Positions 17,860-26,900 of a stretch of 36,903 bases of DNA are shown one piece after another. Source of the stretch: a virus (Duplodnaviria; Caudoviricetes); the IMG/VR virus record IMGVR_UViG_3300028422_002004, positions 1 through 36,903 of that record; one strand, written 5' to 3'. The position numbers and the translations under genes were made by a program. A model generated the notes under the pieces. It did not search any database and had not been told where the DNA came from. It saw only the letters and a list, made by a program, of their open reading frames with translations. Numbering within the stretch: position 1 is the first letter of the stretch; the number at the start of each line of letters is the position of its first letter.

Positions 17860-18837
17860 ATGAAGAAGAAATTATTGATTAACCTTCAGTTATTTGGAGA
17901 AGGTGGGGATGGAGCAGGAACAGCCGGCACAGCAACCGGAGCCACTACAAACACAACAGAAGGAATGGGCGAAAGTAACGATGCGGTAGCCGCCAAACCG
18001 CAAAAAGGTCGAAAAGAGAATCCACTTGCCAGTGTCGTATATGGCAAACAGGAAGAGGAAACAACAGTGCAGGACGACAATGCACAGGAAAAGACACCAG
18101 AAACATTCGTTGATACGAAAGAGACTGCAGATCATAGTACTGCATTTGAAAATCTTATTAAGAATGAATACAAAGATGAGTTTTCAAAGCGTACACAGGA
18201 GATCATTGATAAAAGATTCAAGGAAACAAAGAATCTGGAATCACAGGTCAAAATGGTGCAACCGGTACTCGATATTCTTGCTCAAAAGTATGGTGTGGAA
18301 GCAACAGACTTAGAAAAGCTTGCAAAGGCAGTGCAGGAAGACGATGCATTTTATTCTGAAGAAGCAGACAAGCTTGGTATTTCTGTAACCCAGTTAAAGC
18401 AAATGAGAAGGCTTGAAAGAGAAAATGCAGAGCTGACAAGGGCACAAAAAGATATTGAAATGCGGACCAGTGCAAACAATATTTATGCAGGGTGGATGAA
18501 AGAGTCTGACAGCTTAAAGGAAATCTATCCAAGCTTTGATTTTGCTACCGAATCACAAAATGATCAGTTTACAGGATTACTTAAAAGCGGTATCGATGTG
18601 AAAACAGCTTATGAGGTAATACATAAAGATGAAATCATAGGTGGAGCAATGTACCACACAGCACAGACTGTGAAAGAAAAGCTTGCAAACAGCATTCAGA
18701 ATAAAGCAAGCAGACCGGCTGAGAATGGAATGTCACAGCAGGCAGTAACCATGAAAACAGATGTTAATTCTCTGACCAAAAAGGACAGGGAAGAAATAGA
18801 GCGCAGGGTAATGCGTGGGGAGAAGATAGTCTTTTGA
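17860..18837 (+). CDS. Capsid scaffolding protein with Prp cleavage leader
   Basis: N-terminal LINLQLFG; acidic coiled coil; upstream of capsid. Confidence 0.8.
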   Translation: MKKKLLINLQLFGEGGDGAGTAGTATGATTNTTEGMGESNDAVAAKPQKGRKENPLASVVYGKQEEETTVQDDNAQEKTPETFVDTKETADHSTAFENLIKNEYKDEFSKRTQEIIDKRFKETKNLESQVKMVQPVLDILAQKYGVEATDLEKLAKAVQEDDAFYSEEADKLGISVTQLKQMRRLERENAELTRAQKDIEMRTSANNIYAGWMKESDSLKEIYPSFDFATESQNDQFTGLLKSGIDVKTAYEVIHKDEIIGGAMYHTAQTVKEKLANSIQNKASRPAENGMSQQAVTMKTDVNSLTKKDREEIERRVMRGEKIVF

Positions 18838-18867
18838 CGCTCTCCCAAATAAGAAGGGAGAACCTAT

Positions 18868-19866
18868 ATGAATTTGATTAAAAAAATACTGATTAACCTT
18901 CAGTTATTTGCAACACAGACAACAGTACTTGAAGGTCTTTCGGCTGAAATGAAGACCTACTATGAGAAACGACTGATTGATCTTGCTGAACCAAAACTGG
19001 TTCACAGTCAGTTCGGTGACAAGTATCCTATACCAAAAAATGGCGGTAAAACCATTGAATTTAGAAAATATGATTCGCTGGCAAAAGCCACCACACCAAT
19101 TACTGAGGGGGTAACACCGGCTGGTAACAGCTTGAATGTTACAACTCTGACTGCAACAGTTGCACAGTATGGTGACTTCATTCAGTTATCGGACATTCTT
19201 GAAATGTCAGCAATCGATAACAATGTAGTCCAGGCAACCAAATTGCTTGGTGGACAGGCAGGAAGAACACTTGATACAGTCATCCGTGATGTGTTGGCAG
19301 GCGGTACAAACGTAATTTATGCACCAAAAGGTGATGGAACTGTAATTTCTTCCAGAGCAACACTGGATGCAACATGTACTCTGAAGCCAGATCTGTTCTT
19401 TAAAGCAGCAGCACAGCTTGAGGGCATGAACGCAGACACAATCGATGATTCATTTGTAGCGGTTATTCATCCGTATGCAGCATACGATCTTATGACATCA
19501 GATGAATGGATTGATGTTCATAAATACGCTTCACCTGACAATATTTATGCAGGAGAGATCGGAAAGGTTGGAAATGTGCGATTTGTAAAATCGACTGAAT
19601 CCAAAATTTGGAAAGATGGAACATGTCCAGCAGGACTTGCAGTCTTTGGAACAATCGTTCTGGGTGCACATGCATATGGATTGACAGAAATCGAAGGTGG
19701 CGGTCTTCAGCACATCGTGAAACAGCTTGGATACGGTGATGATCCTCTTAACCAGAGATCATCCTGTGGCTGGAAAGCAACATCTGTTGCAAAAAGACTT
19801 GTAGAACAGTACATGATCCGCATTGAATCATGCTCAGCATATTCTGCAACTGCAGCAGCTAACTGA
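18868..19866 (+). CDS. Major capsid protein, N4-gp56 family
   Basis: PKNGGKTIEFRKY, TEGVTP, QYGDF, GEIGK, DPLNQRSSCGWK; LINLQLFA leader. Confidence 0.93.
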   Translation: MNLIKKILINLQLFATQTTVLEGLSAEMKTYYEKRLIDLAEPKLVHSQFGDKYPIPKNGGKTIEFRKYDSLAKATTPITEGVTPAGNSLNVTTLTATVAQYGDFIQLSDILEMSAIDNNVVQATKLLGGQAGRTLDTVIRDVLAGGTNVIYAPKGDGTVISSRATLDATCTLKPDLFFKAAAQLEGMNADTIDDSFVAVIHPYAAYDLMTSDEWIDVHKYASPDNIYAGEIGKVGNVRFVKSTESKIWKDGTCPAGLAVFGTIVLGAHAYGLTEIEGGGLQHIVKQLGYGDDPLNQRSSCGWKATSVAKRLVEQYMIRIESCSAYSATAAAN

Positions 19867-19873
19867 TAATTAG

Positions 19874-19902
19874 AGGAAGGGTGGATTTATTTACCGCCCT
19901 TC
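19874..19902 (+). terminator. Stem-loop after capsid gene
   Basis: GGAAGGGTGG / CCGCCCTTCC; no strong T tract. Confidence 0.55.
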
Positions 19903-19926
19903 CAATATTAAGAAAAGAGGTTGAAT

Positions 19927-20166
19927 ATGGCAGTAAAAGAACCAAAGAAGGTAAAAATCAAGCTGTTTAAGGACAGCACAAATTATAAAGATGATGTTTT
20001 TGTATCAGTAAATGGAGAAAGTTTTCAGATCCAGCGTGGAGTAGAAGTAGAAGTACCGGAATATGTTGCAGAAGTTTTGGCAAACAGCGAGGCGCAGGAC
20101 AATAAAACAGCAGCAAGGATTGAAGAAATCGTTTCAAAATCAGAGGAAAAAGATAAAGCACTATAA
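19927..20166 (+). CDS. Conserved small virion-region protein
   Basis: DVFVSVNG...IQRGVEVEVPEYVAEVL. Confidence 0.8.
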   Translation: MAVKEPKKVKIKLFKDSTNYKDDVFVSVNGESFQIQRGVEVEVPEYVAEVLANSEAQDNKTAARIEEIVSKSEEKDKAL

Positions 20167-20177
20167 GAAAGAAATTG

Positions 20178-20211
20178 AAAGGGGGAAGGCGGTAAACGTT
20201 TCTCCCTTTTA
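20178..20211 (+). terminator. Intrinsic terminator
   Basis: AAAGGGGGAAGGCG / CGTTTCTCCCTTTT. Confidence 0.7.
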
Positions 20212-20228
20212 TTGTATGAGGTAAATGT

Positions 20229-20603
20229 ATGAATATACAGAACATAATTGCAAAAATAAATGTATTAAAGCCAAATCAGTATAATGCAAATGACATTATA
20301 GCTTGGTTGTCAGATATAGACGGACAGATATATAAAGAGGTCGTTTTGACACATAGTGACAGTAGTACGGTTGTATTCAATGGATATGACAGCAGTACAC
20401 CACTTTCAACAGAACTGATTGCGCCTGATCCATATTCTGAGCTGTATATTCATTACATTATGGCGCAGATTGATTATTACAATGCAGAGTGGGGAAGATA
20501 CAACAATACATCTGCAATGTTTAATGTTGCTTATCAGGATTTTGTGAACTATTGGAATCGTAACCACATGTCAGTAAATAACAATATATTTACTAATTTG
20601 TAA
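20229..20603 (+). CDS. Putative head-tail adaptor
   Basis: LIAPDPYSELYIHYIMAQIDYYNAE; position after capsid. Confidence 0.65.
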   Translation: MNIQNIIAKINVLKPNQYNANDIIAWLSDIDGQIYKEVVLTHSDSSTVVFNGYDSSTPLSTELIAPDPYSELYIHYIMAQIDYYNAEWGRYNNTSAMFNVAYQDFVNYWNRNHMSVNNNIFTNL

Positions 20604-20616
20604 TGGGGGTGTAGCA

Positions 20617-22470
20617 ATGATATTACCTTCTGCTAAAACAGTCAGCACTAGCAGGGATATGACAGAGGAATTTCAGGGATATAATCATAATCTTAGGATT
20701 GCAGAAAATCAATTCTATGATATGAAAAATTTAACAACAGATGCATATCCATTACTTTCACCACGACCTGAACGTGGTTATTTGACTACCATACCATCAC
20801 CAAACGGATTGTATGCTACAGATAAGTTGGTGTGGGTGTCTGGAACAAAACTATATTATGATAATCAGTTCAAATTTGATGTAACTGATTCGGAAAAAAC
20901 ATTTGTAACAATGGGGGCATATTTGATAGTGTTCCCGGATAAGATCGCATATAACACTTACACTGACACTGTAATTCAAATGGAAGTCGAGTTTGAACCT
21001 ACAGCAAATGTTTCTTATACATTGTGTAAGGTAGATGGAATAAATTATGAAAATGTATATGTGGGAGACACAGAGCCTTCAACTACTACATACACATTAT
21101 GGTTGGATACTTCAACGACACCAAATGTATTAAAACAATATGACAGCAATGCATCAGAATGGGTATCGGTTGCAACTACATATGTCAAGTTGACAAGTAC
21201 AGGAATAGGTAAATCTTTTAATGAGTATGATGCAGTTACTATTACTGGCAGTCAGGACACACAATTTAATACGGATATGATCATTTATGCAAAAGGAGAT
21301 GATTATATTGTTGTAGCTGCATTGATTGATGCTGCATTTACACAGGATATTTCACTTCATCCAATGCTATTATCGAGAACTGTACCCGATATGGACTTTG
21401 TATGTGAACACGAAAACAGGATCTGGGGTTGTAGCTCAAGCAAACATGAAATATATGCATGTAAACAGGGTGATCCTCTTAACTGGAAGTGTTATATGGG
21501 AATCAGTTCAGATAGTTATGCCGCAACAATAGGTAGTCCAGGTAAGTTTACAGGGGCAATAGCACATGCAGGATACATACTATTCTTTAAAGAAAATGTA
21601 ATGCACAGAGTATATGGAACCATGCCAAGCAATTACCAGATTTCAAGTCTGTCATGCAGGGGTGTTGAAGAAGGAAGTCATAAAAGCATGGTAGTCGTGA
21701 ATGAAATACTGTTCTATAAAGGCAGAAATGGTGTTTGCGCATATGATGGCAGTCTTCCTGCTGAAATATCATCGGATTTTGGTTTAGAAGATTATGCACT
21801 GGCTGTTGCTGGTGGACTTCATAACAAATACTATGTTTCAATGCGTGACATGGATTATATGTATCATCTATTTGTATACGATACAGTAAAACATATGTGG
21901 ATGCATGAAGATAATACGCAGGCAAGATGGTTTACCTATTGTAATGGTGGACTATATTACATAGATATTGATAACAATCTTATGGTTGTTAATAATGAAA
22001 AGATTTACAGGAAGTTATTTCCGTTAATGCCTCAGGATCAATACAGTTTTCCTAATGTACATCTATTTCCAAATAAAATAAATGAAGGTTCACTTGAAAG
22101 CTACATGTCGTTTACTTACCCGGATGATGCATTATTTCCACAACCAGAGCTGTATATAGGTACAAGAGTGTACCTCGACTGGTTTGCTGAATCAGGCGAA
22201 ATAGGAATTAGTTCCCCTGACAATAAATACATCAGTAAATTACAGATCAGGCTTTTTATTGAAGAACAATCCAGCTTCAAGATTGAAATAATGTATGACG
22301 GATCTGGAGTGTGGGAACAGGTAATAGAACTTGTAGCTCCAGTAAAAAAATCATACACAATTCCTATTATCATAAGACGATGTGATTTTATAAAAATAAA
22401 GTTTTCAGGTGTAGGACAGTGTAAATTATATAGTTTTGCAAAAGTAACAGAAGAAGGGAGTGAATTATAA
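20617..22470 (+). CDS. Putative tail nozzle/stabilisation protein (podovirus-type)
   Basis: 617 aa beta-rich; ENRIWGC...GDPLNW; follows adaptor. Confidence 0.7.
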   Translation: MILPSAKTVSTSRDMTEEFQGYNHNLRIAENQFYDMKNLTTDAYPLLSPRPERGYLTTIPSPNGLYATDKLVWVSGTKLYYDNQFKFDVTDSEKTFVTMGAYLIVFPDKIAYNTYTDTVIQMEVEFEPTANVSYTLCKVDGINYENVYVGDTEPSTTTYTLWLDTSTTPNVLKQYDSNASEWVSVATTYVKLTSTGIGKSFNEYDAVTITGSQDTQFNTDMIIYAKGDDYIVVAALIDAAFTQDISLHPMLLSRTVPDMDFVCEHENRIWGCSSSKHEIYACKQGDPLNWKCYMGISSDSYAATIGSPGKFTGAIAHAGYILFFKENVMHRVYGTMPSNYQISSLSCRGVEEGSHKSMVVVNEILFYKGRNGVCAYDGSLPAEISSDFGLEDYALAVAGGLHNKYYVSMRDMDYMYHLFVYDTVKHMWMHEDNTQARWFTYCNGGLYYIDIDNNLMVVNNEKIYRKLFPLMPQDQYSFPNVHLFPNKINEGSLESYMSFTYPDDALFPQPELYIGTRVYLDWFAESGEIGISSPDNKYISKLQIRLFIEEQSSFKIEIMYDGSGVWEQVIELVAPVKKSYTIPIIIRRCDFIKIKFSGVGQCKLYSFAKVTEEGSEL

Positions 22471-22718
22471 TGCCAACATATAAAGCAGACAGGCCACCAA
22501 ATGGAATGAATAAATCAATAGAAGCACAGATTGCTGATATGAGAACGTATCTTAATTCACTCACATCACAGCTTGAATATACGTTAAATAATATGGATGA
22601 AAACAATATACCTAACATAGCAACATTAACAGCTATCATGCAGATTAACCAGTCACTTATCAGTATCAATAAATCAATTAAAAATCTTGAAGCAAGAGTA
22701 AAAGCATTGGGGGGATGA
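22470..22718 (+). CDS. Small coiled-coil virion protein
   Basis: Coupled to upstream gene; ...LEARVKALGG. Confidence 0.7.
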   Translation: MPTYKADRPPNGMNKSIEAQIADMRTYLNSLTSQLEYTLNNMDENNIPNIATLTAIMQINQSLISINKSIKNLEARVKALGG

Positions 22719-22722
22719 ATAA

Positions 22723-23922
22723 ATGGCAAGTAAACCAACATATACAGCAAGCGCAGATGTACTTGCTGCTAAACAGGCATTAGCAAATGCAGAATCCAGT
22801 AAGCCAGCAGCATATCAGAGCAACTATAATGACACAATCAATTCGCTGCTTGATAATATCCTAAACAAAGAGAAGTTCTCTTATGATTTCAATGCTGATC
22901 CTATTTATCAGCAATATAAAGATAAATATACACAACAGGGCAAACAGGCAATGGCAGATACTGTGTCACAGGCAGCATCACTAACAGGTGGATACGGTAA
23001 TTCATATGGTGTGACCGCAGGATCACAGGCATACCAGCAGTCATTACAGAACTTAAATGATGTCATTCCAGAACTTTATAATACAGCTCTAAGCAAATAC
23101 CAGATGGACACTCAGGATCAGTACAACCAGCTGTCAGCTGTTGGAACACAGGAAGACAGGGAGTATGGCCAGTACCGTGATACTGTTGGGGATTATCAGT
23201 CTGACAGGAGCTATTACTTAAACAAATATGATACATATTACAATCAGGATTATGGACAGTACAGAGATAATGTATCTGATTTTTACACGGACAGAAATTT
23301 TGATTATCAACAGTCCAGGGATTCGGTTTCTGATTCACAGTATGCAGAACAACTCGCATTACAGAAAGCACAGGATGCATCTAACCTTGCATATAACCAG
23401 TCAAGAGATTCCGTATCTGATAGTCAATGGCAGCAGCAATTTAATTACCAGAAAGAACAGGATGCAGCATCACTTGCTCTTCAGAAAGCAAAAGCCGCTA
23501 GCAGTGGATCAAGCAAGTCATCAAATGGTACTGACAAATTAACATCTACGCAATCCTCAACTCTCAAAGCTAAAGCAAATTCAAGTTATACGGAACTGGA
23601 ATCATATCTCAGCACATTAATTGATAGCGGTTATGATGCTGATTACTTATATAACTATGCTGAAACACAGCTTGGAATTGATATTGAAGCATTGGCAACA
23701 GATGCGGCAAAGCAAGCAAAGGAAGAAAGTAAATCTTCATCCGCACCGACAACATACAATGAAGCTATTGAGAAAGGACTGTCTGAAAACATTCTTACCA
23801 ATGCACAGTTCAGTGTATTAAAACTAAATGGTGCAGCAAGTGTAGATAACATCAATAGTTACAAAGATTACTTGGCATTGATGTATCAAAATAGCAAAAA
23901 AGGTGTATTTAACAACAAATAG
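22723..23922 (+). CDS. Putative internal virion/ejection protein with internal repeats
   Basis: Q/Y/S-rich; ASLTGGYGNSY; repeats YGQYRDxVxD and SRDSVSDSQ. Confidence 0.7.
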   Translation: MASKPTYTASADVLAAKQALANAESSKPAAYQSNYNDTINSLLDNILNKEKFSYDFNADPIYQQYKDKYTQQGKQAMADTVSQAASLTGGYGNSYGVTAGSQAYQQSLQNLNDVIPELYNTALSKYQMDTQDQYNQLSAVGTQEDREYGQYRDTVGDYQSDRSYYLNKYDTYYNQDYGQYRDNVSDFYTDRNFDYQQSRDSVSDSQYAEQLALQKAQDASNLAYNQSRDSVSDSQWQQQFNYQKEQDAASLALQKAKAASSGSSKSSNGTDKLTSTQSSTLKAKANSSYTELESYLSTLIDSGYDADYLYNYAETQLGIDIEALATDAAKQAKEESKSSSAPTTYNEAIEKGLSENILTNAQFSVLKLNGAASVDNINSYKDYLALMYQNSKKGVFNNK

Positions 23923-23933
23923 GGGGGATAAAC

Positions 23934-26900
23934 ATGTCAGGTTCATTCAATAGATACCTCGAAGAACGTAAAAAAAGACAGCAGATGGAAGAAAGCGGTG
24001 CGAATAGTGGCACCGCTGTTTCTGATTCTGAAGAAAAAAGCAGCAGCAATTCCTTTAGCAGATATATGGAAGAACGAAATGCAAGAAAAACTACAGGAAG
24101 TCCTGTAAGAAAAATAGAAGTATCAGACAATAGTAGTACTGAAAAAACTGCTATGGATCTTGCGATTGAAAAAGTATTGAGCAGTAACCGTACGATGAAT
24201 TCAAAGCCAATGACTAATAGGAAAGAACCTGACAGTTACTTTGATCAGAACCGTCTTGAGCCAGAAGACAAAGAATATCTGTCTGTTGATACAACTAAAA
24301 ACGACAATCGCATAAGTGAAATTGACTCTGAATTAAAATATCTTTATCGTGACATGGATCATTTTCCACTTGAAAGAAAAGAGAACCAGGTCAAGATTGA
24401 TGCACTGAAAGATGAAAAGAATAATTTATCTGTTTCCAATACTAAAGCAAAAAGAGTACAGGCTATTGATAAATACAATAGTGTTAAGAACAAGAGTGAT
24501 TTTGGTCAAAATTCACGCTATATTGACAGCGGACAGAATATATATGGAAATGCTTATGAGTATATTAATGCTAGCAATAAAGAAAAAAATAGTTATAACG
24601 GTGTAGAAGAAAAAATCAGAAATGATATCAGTGTCGGACCGTACTCAAATGAAAATACATTTGCTGATAAAAGTTATGATTATTTAACTGATGATGAAAA
24701 ATCAGTATATAACTATATACATGCTACAGAAGGAAATGATAGTGCACAAAAATTCCTAGATACATTACAGAACACGTTAAACCAAAGACAAGCAGAAAAT
24801 ATCGCAGATGAAGCAGATACAAGATTAAAACAGCTTGCATATGCAAGAGTACAAGCAAAAATTGCAATGCAAGATACGGAAACAACTTTTTCTGGAGATA
24901 CCGAACTATCAGAGGAGAAATATGCTAGTCAACTTGTGAGAAATAAATTAGCAGATTTTGGTCCTGAATTTATGGGTAATAGCGCAGGACAAATAGCATA
25001 TGATCTAATAGGTACTACAGCTTATATGGCACCATCCATATTATTATCCAGTATCGTTGGTGCTGCAACGGGTGGGGCAGGTGCAGCATTAGTAGGTGCT
25101 GCTTCTATGGGTTCTTCAGCCGGTGGTAATGCCTATGCACAAAAAATCAATGAAGGATACACGGAAGACCAGGCAAAGAAATACGGAGTTCTAATAGGAG
25201 CATCAGAGGGAAGTTTACAGTATATTATCGGTGGTGTCGGTGCACTTGGTGGCAAGGTAACAAAAGGAGTTGCACAGCAGGCAATCAACAAGATCGATAA
25301 TGTAATGGCCAGAGTAGCAGTTGATGCAGGCACTAATATGCTCTCAGAAGGGTCGGAAGAGTATGTACAGGAAATTATTGAACCTGTTATTGCCAATGTT
25401 ACATTAGATGAAAATAATGATTTTAAACTGTTTACAGAGGATGCTCTGTATGCAGGTGTATTAGGTGCGCTTTCAGCAGGTGTACTTGAAAGTACTGGAA
25501 CTGTCAGTACCGGTATTGAAGACTCTAAAATGAAAAAAGTAGGTCAGTCTGTTGTAAGAAATGATGAAGTAGACTCTGTTATGGAACTTGCAAAATCACT
25601 GAATGATGAAGAGATCAAGAACATCCTCTCAAAATATGAAAAGACTAACAATGTAATCGATCTTGGAAAGCTTAAAACAGGAGTTGACCAGCTTGCAAAG
25701 CATAACACTGAAAATTCAGGTGTTACATCAGAAGAGAAACCTTTAGATCAAGAAAGTGTTACGCAATCATCTACGGAACAGGCTCGGCCAGAGAATGACA
25801 TTTTAAGACAACTTGCTAATGAAATGGCAGGAGTAACAACAACAGAACCAACTAGTTCATCCAAAATCAATAGCATTCTTTCAAGCAAAGAAAGTATTGA
25901 GAAGTTTGAAGCTGAATCAGGTATCAAACTGGAAGGAACAAAGGCAGAACAAAGGAATATAGTAAAAAATTATTATAAAACAGCACAAGAGACTAATCAA
26001 ACACAGAATATATCTACTGTGAAGGAAAGTAATAAAACGAGTGAGAATAGTCCTTTAATGCAGCCTCAGCAGGCTACTATCAGCAATCTGGCAGGCATTG
26101 AAGCACTATCCGACAATGATGCGATTGTTAAGCTTAAAAACGGTACTAAGGTCAACCTTTCAGAAATACAATTTAGCAACCTTACAGAAAAAGCAGTTTA
26201 TCGAATGGCATCAGTGGCAAATACGACTGAAGAAGCTAATACATATATTAATAGTTATCCAGAAGGTATGCCGATTGAAACATATACGAGACTGTTCAAC
26301 ACATTAAAACGTGCTGGATATAATGAGCAGAACCCTATTAATGTGATAAAAGACAACAATGCATATCTTCAGTATATGTCAGCTGATACCATGAAATCGA
26401 TTTATGATATTGGTGTTAATGAAGCATCTGCAGTCAGCGCAAAGGCAGTATCAGACAAGCAGATATCTCTTGTTAACAATATTGCAAAAGCCTTTGGAGT
26501 ACAGGTAGAGTTTTCAGACTCAATTCATGATGAAGCTGGTAATGGTGCAAACGGTGTGTACCAGGATGGAAAGATTATTATTTCAAAAAAATCATTGGAT
26601 CCGGCACTTGTTGTATTTTCTCATGAAATGACACACTCACTTAAAAATTCAGCACCTGAAGCATATAAAACATATTCAGATCATGTAATCAACTATATGA
26701 AAGAAAGCCATTTGGATACTTATAATAGTATAACCAAAAGACTTTCTGATTTGTATGCAAATGATTCAGAGGAATATATTAATGATGAAATTGTAGCAAA
26801 TGCTACTGAAACATTTCTCACAGATGCTGAAGCGATAAAATCACTTGTAAAAAAAGATAGATCAGTTGCAGAGAAGATTCTTGATGCAATCAATAATATG

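Noticed and set aside
23920-23933. TAGGGGGGA as a fourth late promoter
   Set aside because: 6 nt before the ATG, so explained as an RBS.
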